A stretch of 64,000 nucleotides of DNA from Candidatus Thioglobus autotrophicus (lineage in GTDB: Bacteria > Pseudomonadota > Gammaproteobacteria > PS1 > Pseudothioglobaceae): assembly GCA_022448455.1 (NCBI GenBank), contig JAKUUR010000002.1, forward strand, positions 10,241 to 74,240. Reading direction: 5' to 3'. Below the pieces are notes generated by a model, which worked only from the letters and a program-made list of their open reading frames with translations, did no database searches and was not told the origin of the DNA. Positions 54,851 through 62,610 of this stretch are shown piece by piece. The stretch's first letter is position 1. Each line of letters begins with the position of its first letter. The position numbers and the translations under genes are program-made.

Positions 54851-56482
54851 TTATTTAGATATATCAGCCAAAATCAGGTCCGAAGCCTTTTCACCCACCA
54901 TAATTGTAGCGGCATTAATATTACCACATATAAGCTGCGGGAATATTGAGGCATCTGCCACTCGAAGTCCTTCTATTCCATGCACTTTAAGATTACTATC
55001 AACGACATTTTTGAGCGGATCAGGGCCCATACAGCAAGTACAAGCAGGGTGGAAAACAGTCCATGCATTGTCTCTAATATCTTCTATCATTTGAGCGTCT
55101 GATTTACACTCAGGCCCAGGTCGAAACTCATCAAGAATGACCTTGCTAAAACTCTCAGTTTGAGCTAATTGCCGCAACAACTTGACGCCCTCTAACAAAT
55201 CTTGGACATCATCGTCATGAGATAGATAGTTAGGCTCAATTATTGGCGCAACAGTTGGATCACCACTCTTTATTCGAATCTGCCCTCGTGAATTTGATTT
55301 ACAGTTTGATACCCCTAACAACATAGCTGAAAAAGGGTCTGGACTTAGCATAGCGCGCCTTCCAGGCGACTCAAGAGTATAACTTACAGGTGAAAAATAA
55401 AGTTGAATATTCGGCCCTGTAAGTCCATCCCGAGTTCGCACAAAACCACCCGACTGGTTGACACTTAAACTTAACGGACCAGTCCTAGTCAAGACATATC
55501 GAATACCTTGCCATAACTTTCCCCACCAAGGTCTCAGCTGATTATTCAAGGTTCGCACTTTACTTTTATAAATATAGTTCACCCCAAGATGGTCCTGGAG
55601 GTTTTTTCCAACGGCAGGGCTGTCATGGATAACTGAAACATTAGCTTCCTTTAGAAGTGAATCCGGGCCTATTCCAGATAACTGAAGAAGTTGTGGTGAG
55701 TTTACTGCACCAGCGCTTAATATCACTTCACGCTTGGCATTTGCTTGGTAAAGTTTGCTTGCTTTTGTGTATTCCACGCCAACAGCGCGCTTACCTTCAA
55801 ATAGAATACGAGTGACGAGAGCCTTGGTAATCACGGTAAGGTTAGAACGCTTCATAACGGGACGTAAATAAGCTCGCGAAGCAGACATACGTTGTCCCTT
55901 ATACGTGGTTATCTGGTAATGACCAACACCTTCCTGAATCTCACCATTCATGTCACCATTAAAACTGATTCCTAATTCTTCAGCTGCTGAAACAAAAGTG
56001 TCACTCAAGGGATGCAGCTGATCTGTAACGTCTGAAACATTTAGTGGCCCTCTACTACCCCGATATTGGTCGTCGCCATGTTGCCAGGTTTCCATACGTT
56101 TAAAATAGGGAAGCAAATCATTGTATGACCAGCCAGGATTACCAGCCTTTTGCCAGTCGTCAAAATCTTGAGGATTGCCTCGAACATGGACCAAAGCATT
56201 AATCGAACTAGAACCACCCAATAATTTACCTCGTGGCCAATAACTGGAACGATTATTAGCGCCGGGGCTCGGCTCCGCCATGTACATCCAGTTAACCTCT
56301 TTTTGGTAGTAGGTTTTGCCATAGCCGATAGGCATTTGTACATAAAAACGACGGTCTGTACCACCTGCTTCTATGAGTAATACTTTGTTAGAAGAATCCT
56401 TGCTGAGCCTATTGGCAAGAACACAACCTGCTGAGCCTGCACCGATAACAATAAAATCGTAATTATTCAAAAGACCAGCCAT
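54851..56482 (-). CDS. GMC-family FAD oxidoreductase (choline/alcohol dehydrogenase-like)
   Basis: GAGSAG, RGKLLGGSSSIN, SAGAVNSPQLL.LSGIG, G.NLQDH, FHPACTC, GNINAATIM motifs. Confidence 0.92.
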   Translation of the reverse strand: MAGLLNNYDFIVIGAGSAGCVLANRLSKDSSNKVLLIEAGGTDRRFYVQMPIGYGKTYYQKEVNWMYMAEPSPGANNRSSYWPRGKLLGGSSSINALVHVRGNPQDFDDWQKAGNPGWSYNDLLPYFKRMETWQHGDDQYRGSRGPLNVSDVTDQLHPLSDTFVSAAEELGISFNGDMNGEIQEGVGHYQITTYKGQRMSASRAYLRPVMKRSNLTVITKALVTRILFEGKRAVGVEYTKASKLYQANAKREVILSAGAVNSPQLLQLSGIGPDSLLKEANVSVIHDSPAVGKNLQDHLGVNYIYKSKVRTLNNQLRPWWGKLWQGIRYVLTRTGPLSLSVNQSGGFVRTRDGLTGPNIQLYFSPVSYTLESPGRRAMLSPDPFSAMLLGVSNCKSNSRGQIRIKSGDPTVAPIIEPNYLSHDDDVQDLLEGVKLLRQLAQTESFSKVILDEFRPGPECKSDAQMIEDIRDNAWTVFHPACTCCMGPDPLKNVVDSNLKVHGIEGLRVADASIFPQLICGNINAATIMVGEKASDLILADISK

Positions 56483-56622
56483 GTTTAAGTCAAATAATGA
56501 CTATATAAAATTCACACTATTGTATAAGTAATCTTTAATCATTGCTTAAATATTTTTTTAGCATTATTCACTTACAAAAAAAATTACATTTGTTCAGTGT
56601 GAAAATAAGATAAACTAAGATG

Positions 56623-56645
56623 AGCCCTCACGTGTGAGGGTTTAA
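56623..56645 (+). promoter_or_regulatory. GC-rich hairpin with T-rich tail in the leader of the ABC substrate-binding gene
   Basis: AG CCCTCA CGTG TGAGGG TT followed by TTTAATGTTTTT, ending about 30 nt upstream of ATG 56671 (RBS AGGAG). Confidence 0.45.
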
Positions 56646-56670
56646 TGTTTTTAAAATCTTAGGAGAAAAA

Positions 56671-57687
56671 ATGAAACTAATAAATAAAGTATTAGCTGTC
56701 TCAGCTATTTCACTCAGTCTTATGCCTGCATTAGCCAGTGCTGACTGTGGAAAAGCAAGGCTGGCTGATTTTGACTGGAATAGTGCAAATGTCCATACTG
56801 GCATTGTACAATTTATTCTTGAGCATGGCTATGGCTGTGAAGTTGAGACGACAAGAGGAAGTACGACACCTATTATGGCTGCTCACTATGATAGCCAACT
56901 AGATATCGTTACTGAGCTTTGGTATGACAATATTGTAACCCAGTATGATGCTGTTGAAGCGTCTGGGGTGATTAGAAATATTGGAATCAACACACCAGAC
57001 TCTCAGCAAGCGTTTTACGTGGACAGAAATACAGCTGATAAGTACAGCATAAAATCTGTATTAGATATGAACAATCCAGAAATTGCTGCATTGTTTAGTG
57101 ATCCAGAAAACCCTGATATGGGTAGAATGGTAAGCTGTATTGGAGGCTGGACTTGCTACACTATTAACCATGTCAAGCAGCGTGTCTATGGACTAGATAA
57201 GTTCTATACTAACTTTGATCCAGGTTCTAGTGGCGCATTAGCTGCAGAAATTGCAGGCGCATTTGCTAAAGATCGACCGATCTTTACCTACTACTGGGCA
57301 CCAACAGCATTGATGGGTAAGGTTGACTTAGTAAGATTAGTTGAGCCACCTTACGATGCAGCATGTTGGGGAGCAATGATGGATGTTGTTGAAGACATAA
57401 AGGCTAACGGAAAAGATGTATACAAGCCTACTTGTGCAACTGAATACAAAGACATGTCTCTAGATAAGTCTGTACTGACTGCATGGGCGGATACGCATCC
57501 AGAAGAGACAGCTTTCTTAGAAGCATATAGCATACCAACCGCAACGGTGAACAAGCTGCTAGCTTTCTATGAAGGCGAGGCTGACGGCGATATGGAGCTT
57601 CTTGCAATGGAATACTTGCAGAATAATTCTGAATGGAAGTCTTGGGTTTCAGCAGAAGTTGCTGCCAAGGTTTCAGGAGCACTATAA
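56671..57687 (+). CDS. ABC transporter substrate-binding protein, glycine betaine/proline/histidine (ProX/OpuAC) family
   Basis: Signal peptide (ASA-DC); DFDWNSA, ILEHGYGC, ELW, CIGGWTC, DPGSSGAL, YYWAPT motifs. Confidence 0.88.
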   Translation: MKLINKVLAVSAISLSLMPALASADCGKARLADFDWNSANVHTGIVQFILEHGYGCEVETTRGSTTPIMAAHYDSQLDIVTELWYDNIVTQYDAVEASGVIRNIGINTPDSQQAFYVDRNTADKYSIKSVLDMNNPEIAALFSDPENPDMGRMVSCIGGWTCYTINHVKQRVYGLDKFYTNFDPGSSGALAAEIAGAFAKDRPIFTYYWAPTALMGKVDLVRLVEPPYDAACWGAMMDVVEDIKANGKDVYKPTCATEYKDMSLDKSVLTAWADTHPEETAFLEAYSIPTATVNKLLAFYEGEADGDMELLAMEYLQNNSEWKSWVSAEVAAKVSGAL

Positions 57688-57701
57688 GCTAGATTTAATA
57701 T

Positions 57702-57733
57702 AAAAAAAAGAGCTCATTCGTGAGCTCTTTTTT
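57702..57733 (+). terminator. Intrinsic terminator/stabiliser hairpin between SBP and permease
   Basis: AAAAAA GAGCTCA TTCG TGAGCTC TTTTTT (UUCG tetraloop, U-tract). Confidence 0.85.
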
Positions 57734-57754
57734 CTTATTTTCTGAATTAGAATC

Positions 57755-58759
57755 ATGATAAAAAAGTTATTCACATATTTGGCCTTACCAGTTATTTTTA
57801 TTTGGCTGTTGATAACGAGCTTTAATGCTTCAAGATTTAGACCAGATAGCGCTGCGGAACTTTTAACGGATGCAAGCTGGCTATATAATTGGCCAAGGTG
57901 GCTAGACATCCCATTGATGAAATGGATCAATGATTGGTTTAGAGTCTTTAATCAAGAGTACGGAATGTACTTCGAGGCAGTCAATAATTTCCTTCTTGGA
58001 GCAATCCTTTCCCTGAAGAAATTCTTAATGATGTTGCCATGGCCACTTGTGATTGCTCTCGTTGTAGCGATTGTTTTCTTTTCCAGTGGTCGAAAACTAG
58101 GTACCACCGTTTTTGTTGGAATTTGTACATTTTTTATTGGCTTTCTTCACCCAAGATTTTGGGACAAAGCGATTGAAACAACCTCTATTATGATAATTGG
58201 AATACTGTTCTGTATTTTAATTGGAATACCCTTAGGAATAGCCATGTCTCGAAGCATTAGAGTTCGAAATGCCACTCTTCCTGTTCTTGACTTAATGCAG
58301 ACAATACCAAGTTTTTGTTATCTCATTCCTGGAATTATGCTTTTTGGATTAGGCGCTGTACCGGCAATCATTGCAACAGTTATTTATGCGGTTCCACCTT
58401 TAGTGCGTTTAACAGACCTTGGAATTCGCTTAGTTGACACTGAAGTCATTGAAGCAGCTGAAGCATTCGGAGCGAGTAAAAAACAAAAGTTACTAGGGGT
58501 TCAACTACCACTAGCACTTCCTAATATTATGCAGGGAATCAACCAATGCACAATGATGGCACTAGCTATGGTTGTTATTGCTTCTATGATTGGAACCAGA
58601 GGTCTTGGTGATGAAGTTTTACTTGGACTTCAACAGCTTAACGTCGGCAAGGCAACTGAAGCAGGACTTGCGATTGTACTTTTAGCAATTGTTCTAGATA
58701 GAATTACTCAAGCCTACGGTCAAAAAGTCCAAGATAGAAATAAGCCACCAGAAAAATAG
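57755..58759 (+). CDS. ABC transporter permease, ProW-like
   Basis: PVLDLMQTIPSFCYLIP, EAAEAFGAS..Q.L..VQLPLALPNIMQG EAA loop. Confidence 0.92.
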   Translation: MIKKLFTYLALPVIFIWLLITSFNASRFRPDSAAELLTDASWLYNWPRWLDIPLMKWINDWFRVFNQEYGMYFEAVNNFLLGAILSLKKFLMMLPWPLVIALVVAIVFFSSGRKLGTTVFVGICTFFIGFLHPRFWDKAIETTSIMIIGILFCILIGIPLGIAMSRSIRVRNATLPVLDLMQTIPSFCYLIPGIMLFGLGAVPAIIATVIYAVPPLVRLTDLGIRLVDTEVIEAAEAFGASKKQKLLGVQLPLALPNIMQGINQCTMMALAMVVIASMIGTRGLGDEVLLGLQQLNVGKATEAGLAIVLLAIVLDRITQAYGQKVQDRNKPPEK

Positions 58760-58769
58760 CCTTTAATCA

Positions 58770-59801
58770 ATGTCAAAAATAGAAATAAGAAATATTTATA
58801 AGATATTTGGAAACCATCCTGATCAAATTTTACCCATGGTAAAAGAGGGTGCAAATAAAGAGCAGGTCATGGAAGAAACTGGCCACACTGTTGGCCTAGA
58901 CAATGTCTCTATATCAGTCAAAGAAGGTGAAATTTTTGTTTGTATGGGATTGTCTGGTTCAGGAAAATCAACTTTAATTAGACATATTAATAGACTCATT
59001 GACCCTACTGCAGGTCAAGTTACAGTTGACGGTGTTGATGTACTAAGTTTAGATGACAAGGAAATATTAGATTTCCGAAAAAAGACAATGAGTATGGTTT
59101 TCCAGCGTTTTGGACTTTTTCCTCATAAAACAATTATTCAAAATGTTGCTTATGGCCTTGAAATACAGAAAGTACCTGAGGATCAGAGAATAGAAATTGC
59201 CCAAGGCCAAATAGATTCGGTTGGATTACAAGGTTTTGAGAATCAATACCCTGCTCAACTATCTGGAGGCATGCAGCAAAGGGTCGGTCTAGCAAGAGCT
59301 CTTGCAACAGACCCTCAAATCCTTTTAATGGACGAAGCCTTTAGTGCATTGGACCCTCTAATTAGAAGTGATATGCAAAAACAATTAATAGAGCTTCAAT
59401 CTAAACTCAAAAAAACCATTGTCTTTATTACTCATGATCTTGATGAATCCCTGAAATTAGGGGACCATATAGGAATATTAAATGGCGGAAGATTAGTTCA
59501 AGTCGGTCGCCCAGAAGATATTATCATGAATCCTGCTGATGACTACGTTAAAGCATTTGTTAAGGATGTTAATCGCTCTAAAGTGTTGAGAGCTCAAACA
59601 GTTATGACTAAAAAGGATCAGTTTGATACAACAAATATCAACCCATCCACTATATACAAGATAGATGAAAATACTGTGATTGAAGAGATCATCCCTAAAG
59701 TATTAAGAGAGAGATGCACTATGAATGTAGTCGATAAGAGTGGCAATACAAAAGGGTATATTACATCTGATGAGTTATCTAAGGCTTTAACGAAACATTA
59801 A
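58770..59801 (+). CDS. ABC transporter ATP-binding protein, ProV-like
   Basis: GLSGSGKST, LSGGMQQRVGLARAL, DEAFSALDP, ITHD motifs; short CBS-like tail. Confidence 0.94.
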   Translation: MSKIEIRNIYKIFGNHPDQILPMVKEGANKEQVMEETGHTVGLDNVSISVKEGEIFVCMGLSGSGKSTLIRHINRLIDPTAGQVTVDGVDVLSLDDKEILDFRKKTMSMVFQRFGLFPHKTIIQNVAYGLEIQKVPEDQRIEIAQGQIDSVGLQGFENQYPAQLSGGMQQRVGLARALATDPQILLMDEAFSALDPLIRSDMQKQLIELQSKLKKTIVFITHDLDESLKLGDHIGILNGGRLVQVGRPEDIIMNPADDYVKAFVKDVNRSKVLRAQTVMTKKDQFDTTNINPSTIYKIDENTVIEEIIPKVLRERCTMNVVDKSGNTKGYITSDELSKALTKH

Positions 59802-59806
59802 GTTAG

Positions 59807-60595
59807 ATGACTCAAAATAAGCCTCCTGGCAAAAACATTATAATTTCAGCTGCTGCCGATGGAATTGGTTGGAGTATAGCCAGTTTATCTTTAGATAAAG
59901 GCTACAACGTTTATTTGTCAGACATCAATCAAAAAAGAATTGATGAAATTAACGAGCATCCATTGATAAACGAAAAACTATTTATAGACAATGTCGATGC
60001 CAAAAATCCAAACTCTGTAGAAAAATATTTTTATTCACTGAAAGAAAGAATTGCAAGCATTGATGCCCTCATTAATAATGTCGGCATAGCCGGACCAACC
60101 GGACCGATTGAAAGTCTATCGATTTCAGACTGGAGAAACACAATAGACATTAATCTTAACAGTCATTTTTATTTTACTAAACACTCTATACCTTTGTTAA
60201 AAAATAATAAAGGTGGATCCATTATCAATATCTCTTCAACTGCGGGCTTGTTTGGACTTCCTCTCAGAACACCTTATGCTGCAAGTAAGTGGGCTGTTAT
60301 TGGTGTGACTAAGTCACTTGCAATGGAACTGGGGGAATTTAACATAAGAGTCAACGCTATTTGCCCAGGATCGGTATCGGGAGATAGGATGAAAAGAGTC
60401 ATAGAAGCAAAAGCAAAATCTACAGGGGTTTCAGAAGAAGAATTGCAAAAAGATCATGAATCAATGGTGTCACTTAAGACTTTTGTGAGCAAAGAAGACA
60501 TTGCCAATATGGCCTTATTCTTACTTTCAAATGAAGCCCATAAAATATCTGGTCAAGTCATGACTGTAGACGGTAACACCGAAAGAATGAACTAA
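59807..60595 (+). CDS. Short-chain dehydrogenase/reductase
   Basis: SAAADGIG, NNVG, SS, YAASK catalytic motif, VNAICPG. Confidence 0.92.
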   Translation: MTQNKPPGKNIIISAAADGIGWSIASLSLDKGYNVYLSDINQKRIDEINEHPLINEKLFIDNVDAKNPNSVEKYFYSLKERIASIDALINNVGIAGPTGPIESLSISDWRNTIDINLNSHFYFTKHSIPLLKNNKGGSIINISSTAGLFGLPLRTPYAASKWAVIGVTKSLAMELGEFNIRVNAICPGSVSGDRMKRVIEAKAKSTGVSEEELQKDHESMVSLKTFVSKEDIANMALFLLSNEAHKISGQVMTVDGNTERMN

Positions 60596-60612
60596 CTACA
60601 GGGATGTAGTTA
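60593..60612. terminator. Hairpin between convergent SDR and cytochrome c4 genes
   Basis: TAACTACA GGGA TGTAGTTA; AT-rich stem, no clear U-tract. Confidence 0.4.
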
Positions 60613-60648
60613 TTCAGTTGTAATGCTTAAAAGTTACCAGCAAAGGAT

Positions 60649-61296
60649 TTAGTGAAGACCAGCAATATACTCGGCTAAAGCTTCAATTTCAATAGTTGTC
60701 AGACCTTTGGCAACATTTCTCATCATCCCTTCATAATCATTATCTCTAGCAACCTCGTCAGAACCAGTCTGTTCATTGATAGAATATTGACGGAATGCCT
60801 TTAACTGTGCGGCTATATATTCAGCATGCTGAGCACTAAGAGCAGGAAATTTTGCACTCGGAATACCTAAACCCTTAGGACCATGGCAAGCAATACAAGC
60901 AGTGGTTTTCGTATCTTTCTTACCACCAAGATAAATCTTTCGAGCTAATTCGATTGTTTTTTCATCTGCCTTAGCGCTATTTTCACTTATAGTTTGAATT
61001 GAGTAATATGCTGCAATATCCATCATATCTTGTTCCGATAGTAAGGATGCGACACCCCCCATTATTGCATTGTCTCTTGCACCTGATTTAAATTCCTGTA
61101 GTTGCTTCAAAATATAACCCTCACCTTGACCGGCAAGCTTAGGAAAATTTGGCATGGTGCTATTACCAGCAAGACCATGGCAACCCATACATATTGCAGA
61201 TTTAGCTTGACCTGCCTCAGCATTTCCAGAGGCTAGACTAGTTGCGCTAAGAGTTGCAAGTACAATTGATACAAAAATAATAATGCTCTTTTTCAT
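60649..61296 (-). CDS. Di-heme cytochrome c4
   Basis: Signal peptide; CMGCH and CIACH; PKLAGQ...Y..KQL and P.LS.QHA.Y...QL repeats. Confidence 0.93.
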   Translation of the reverse strand: MKKSIIIFVSIVLATLSATSLASGNAEAGQAKSAICMGCHGLAGNSTMPNFPKLAGQGEGYILKQLQEFKSGARDNAIMGGVASLLSEQDMMDIAAYYSIQTISENSAKADEKTIELARKIYLGGKKDTKTTACIACHGPKGLGIPSAKFPALSAQHAEYIAAQLKAFRQYSINEQTGSDEVARDNDYEGMMRNVAKGLTTIEIEALAEYIAGLH

Positions 61297-61379
61297 TCTA
61301 AATCTCCAAAAAATTCCACGAAGTTATACTTGAATATTAACGGTTCCATTAACTTTTATTTATCAAGATAACGGAAAAA

Positions 61380-61700
61380 CTACTCTCTAATCCCTTGAGT
61401 AGAAAGGTATTCGGCAATAGAGTCCTCAAACCCTTCTGCCATTGGAGCCATAGCATTCATAATCGCATTTTGACGTTCGCCTGACTGAAATTGCTCTAAT
61501 TGTTGCACTATCCATTCGGCATCTCTGCCAGCTAGCGAAGGAACATCTTCATCGGTTGAATTCCCTCCCGGACCGTGGCAACTAGAACAGCCCAAAGCTT
61601 CAAACATAGCCTCACCTTCGCTCTTTGCTTCTTCTGATATAGAGCCCAGTGAAAAAGCTAATGCCATTATAGAAAGGATTAACAATAAAATCTTTTTCAT
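61380..61700 (-). CDS. Monoheme class I cytochrome c (c553/c554-like)
   Basis: Signal peptide; CSSCHG; PSLAG; IMNAM axial Met. Confidence 0.9.
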   Translation of the reverse strand: MKKILLLILSIMALAFSLGSISEEAKSEGEAMFEALGCSSCHGPGGNSTDEDVPSLAGRDAEWIVQQLEQFQSGERQNAIMNAMAPMAEGFEDSIAEYLSTQGIRE

Positions 61701-61785
61701 TACGTATGCACTTTAGCTTTCTATTTATTTTCGTTAAATTATACACACATCTGTTTTATCCAGTGTGAACAGGATTCATGGAGAG

Positions 61786-62571
61786 CTATTTCCCTTTCCA
61801 TTTGGGAGGACGCTTCTCAGAAAAAGCAAGCGGTCCTTCCTTGGCATCCTCAGATTTGAGCATTTTTTGATAAGCCTTAATTTGACCAGAGCGCATAGTT
61901 TCATACGCAGATTCTAAATCCATTTGATCTGTCTCTCTAATGACGGCTTTAATTGCCGCCAATGAAAGGGGGGCAGACTGAGCGATTTCATGCGCCCACT
62001 CAATGGCTTGCTTTTTTAACATTTTTAATGAACAACTTCTGTTCACCAAGCCATATTTTTTTGCCTCGTCTACACCCATTCTCCTACCGGTCATAAGCAT
62101 TTCCATCGCAACCGCTCTAGGCAAGCGACGTGGCAATCTCAAAACTCCTCCGCTATCAGGAATAATCCCTAGAGTAGCTTCAGGCACAAAAAACTCAGCT
62201 GTGTTGGCTGCAATAATTAGGTCAGCTGCAAGTGCCAACTCAAAACCACCTCCAACTGCTAAGCCATTAACTGCAGCAATAACAGGCTTATCCAAATCCC
62301 ACAATTCAGTAAGTCCAGCAAAACCACCCGGGCCAAAGTCTGCATCAACTGCCTCCCCCTCAGATGCTGCTTTTAAATCCCAACCACCACAAAAAAACCG
62401 TTCACCTGCACCGATAATAATAGCTGCCCTTAAATCAGCATCATCTCTAAAAGAGATGAAGGCATCGCCAAGCGCGTGACTTGTTGTCGCATCAATCGCA
62501 TTAGCTTTAGGGCGATCAAGCGTAATTAGCAGCACTTCGTTATACACCTCACAAGTGACACTTTTTTTCAT
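61786..62571 (-). CDS. caiD: Crotonase-family hydratase, carnitinyl-CoA dehydratase (CaiD-like)
   Basis: [53 protein letters not shown] motifs. Confidence 0.8.
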   Translation of the reverse strand: MKKSVTCEVYNEVLLITLDRPKANAIDATTSHALGDAFISFRDDADLRAAIIIGAGERFFCGGWDLKAASEGEAVDADFGPGGFAGLTELWDLDKPVIAAVNGLAVGGGFELALAADLIIAANTAEFFVPEATLGIIPDSGGVLRLPRRLPRAVAMEMLMTGRRMGVDEAKKYGLVNRSCSLKMLKKQAIEWAHEIAQSAPLSLAAIKAVIRETDQMDLESAYETMRSGQIKAYQKMLKSEDAKEGPLAFSEKRPPKWKGK

Positions 62572-62610
62572 AAAATCTTCCTTAATTTTGAGATTATTAT
62601 CATGTTACTA

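Noticed and set aside
59590-59801. Reduced CBS region in the ProV-like ATPase
   Set aside because: Short CBS tails are common in this transporter family; not distinctive.
61756-61772. CAGTGTGAA recurring here and at 56595-56603
   Set aside because: A single 9-mer match in 64 kb of AT-rich DNA is plausible by chance, and the contexts differ.
62003-62479. 158-aa plus-strand ORF
   Set aside because: Antisense to the caiD-like gene; its Ala/Ser/Pro-rich composition is typical of a reverse-strand shadow.
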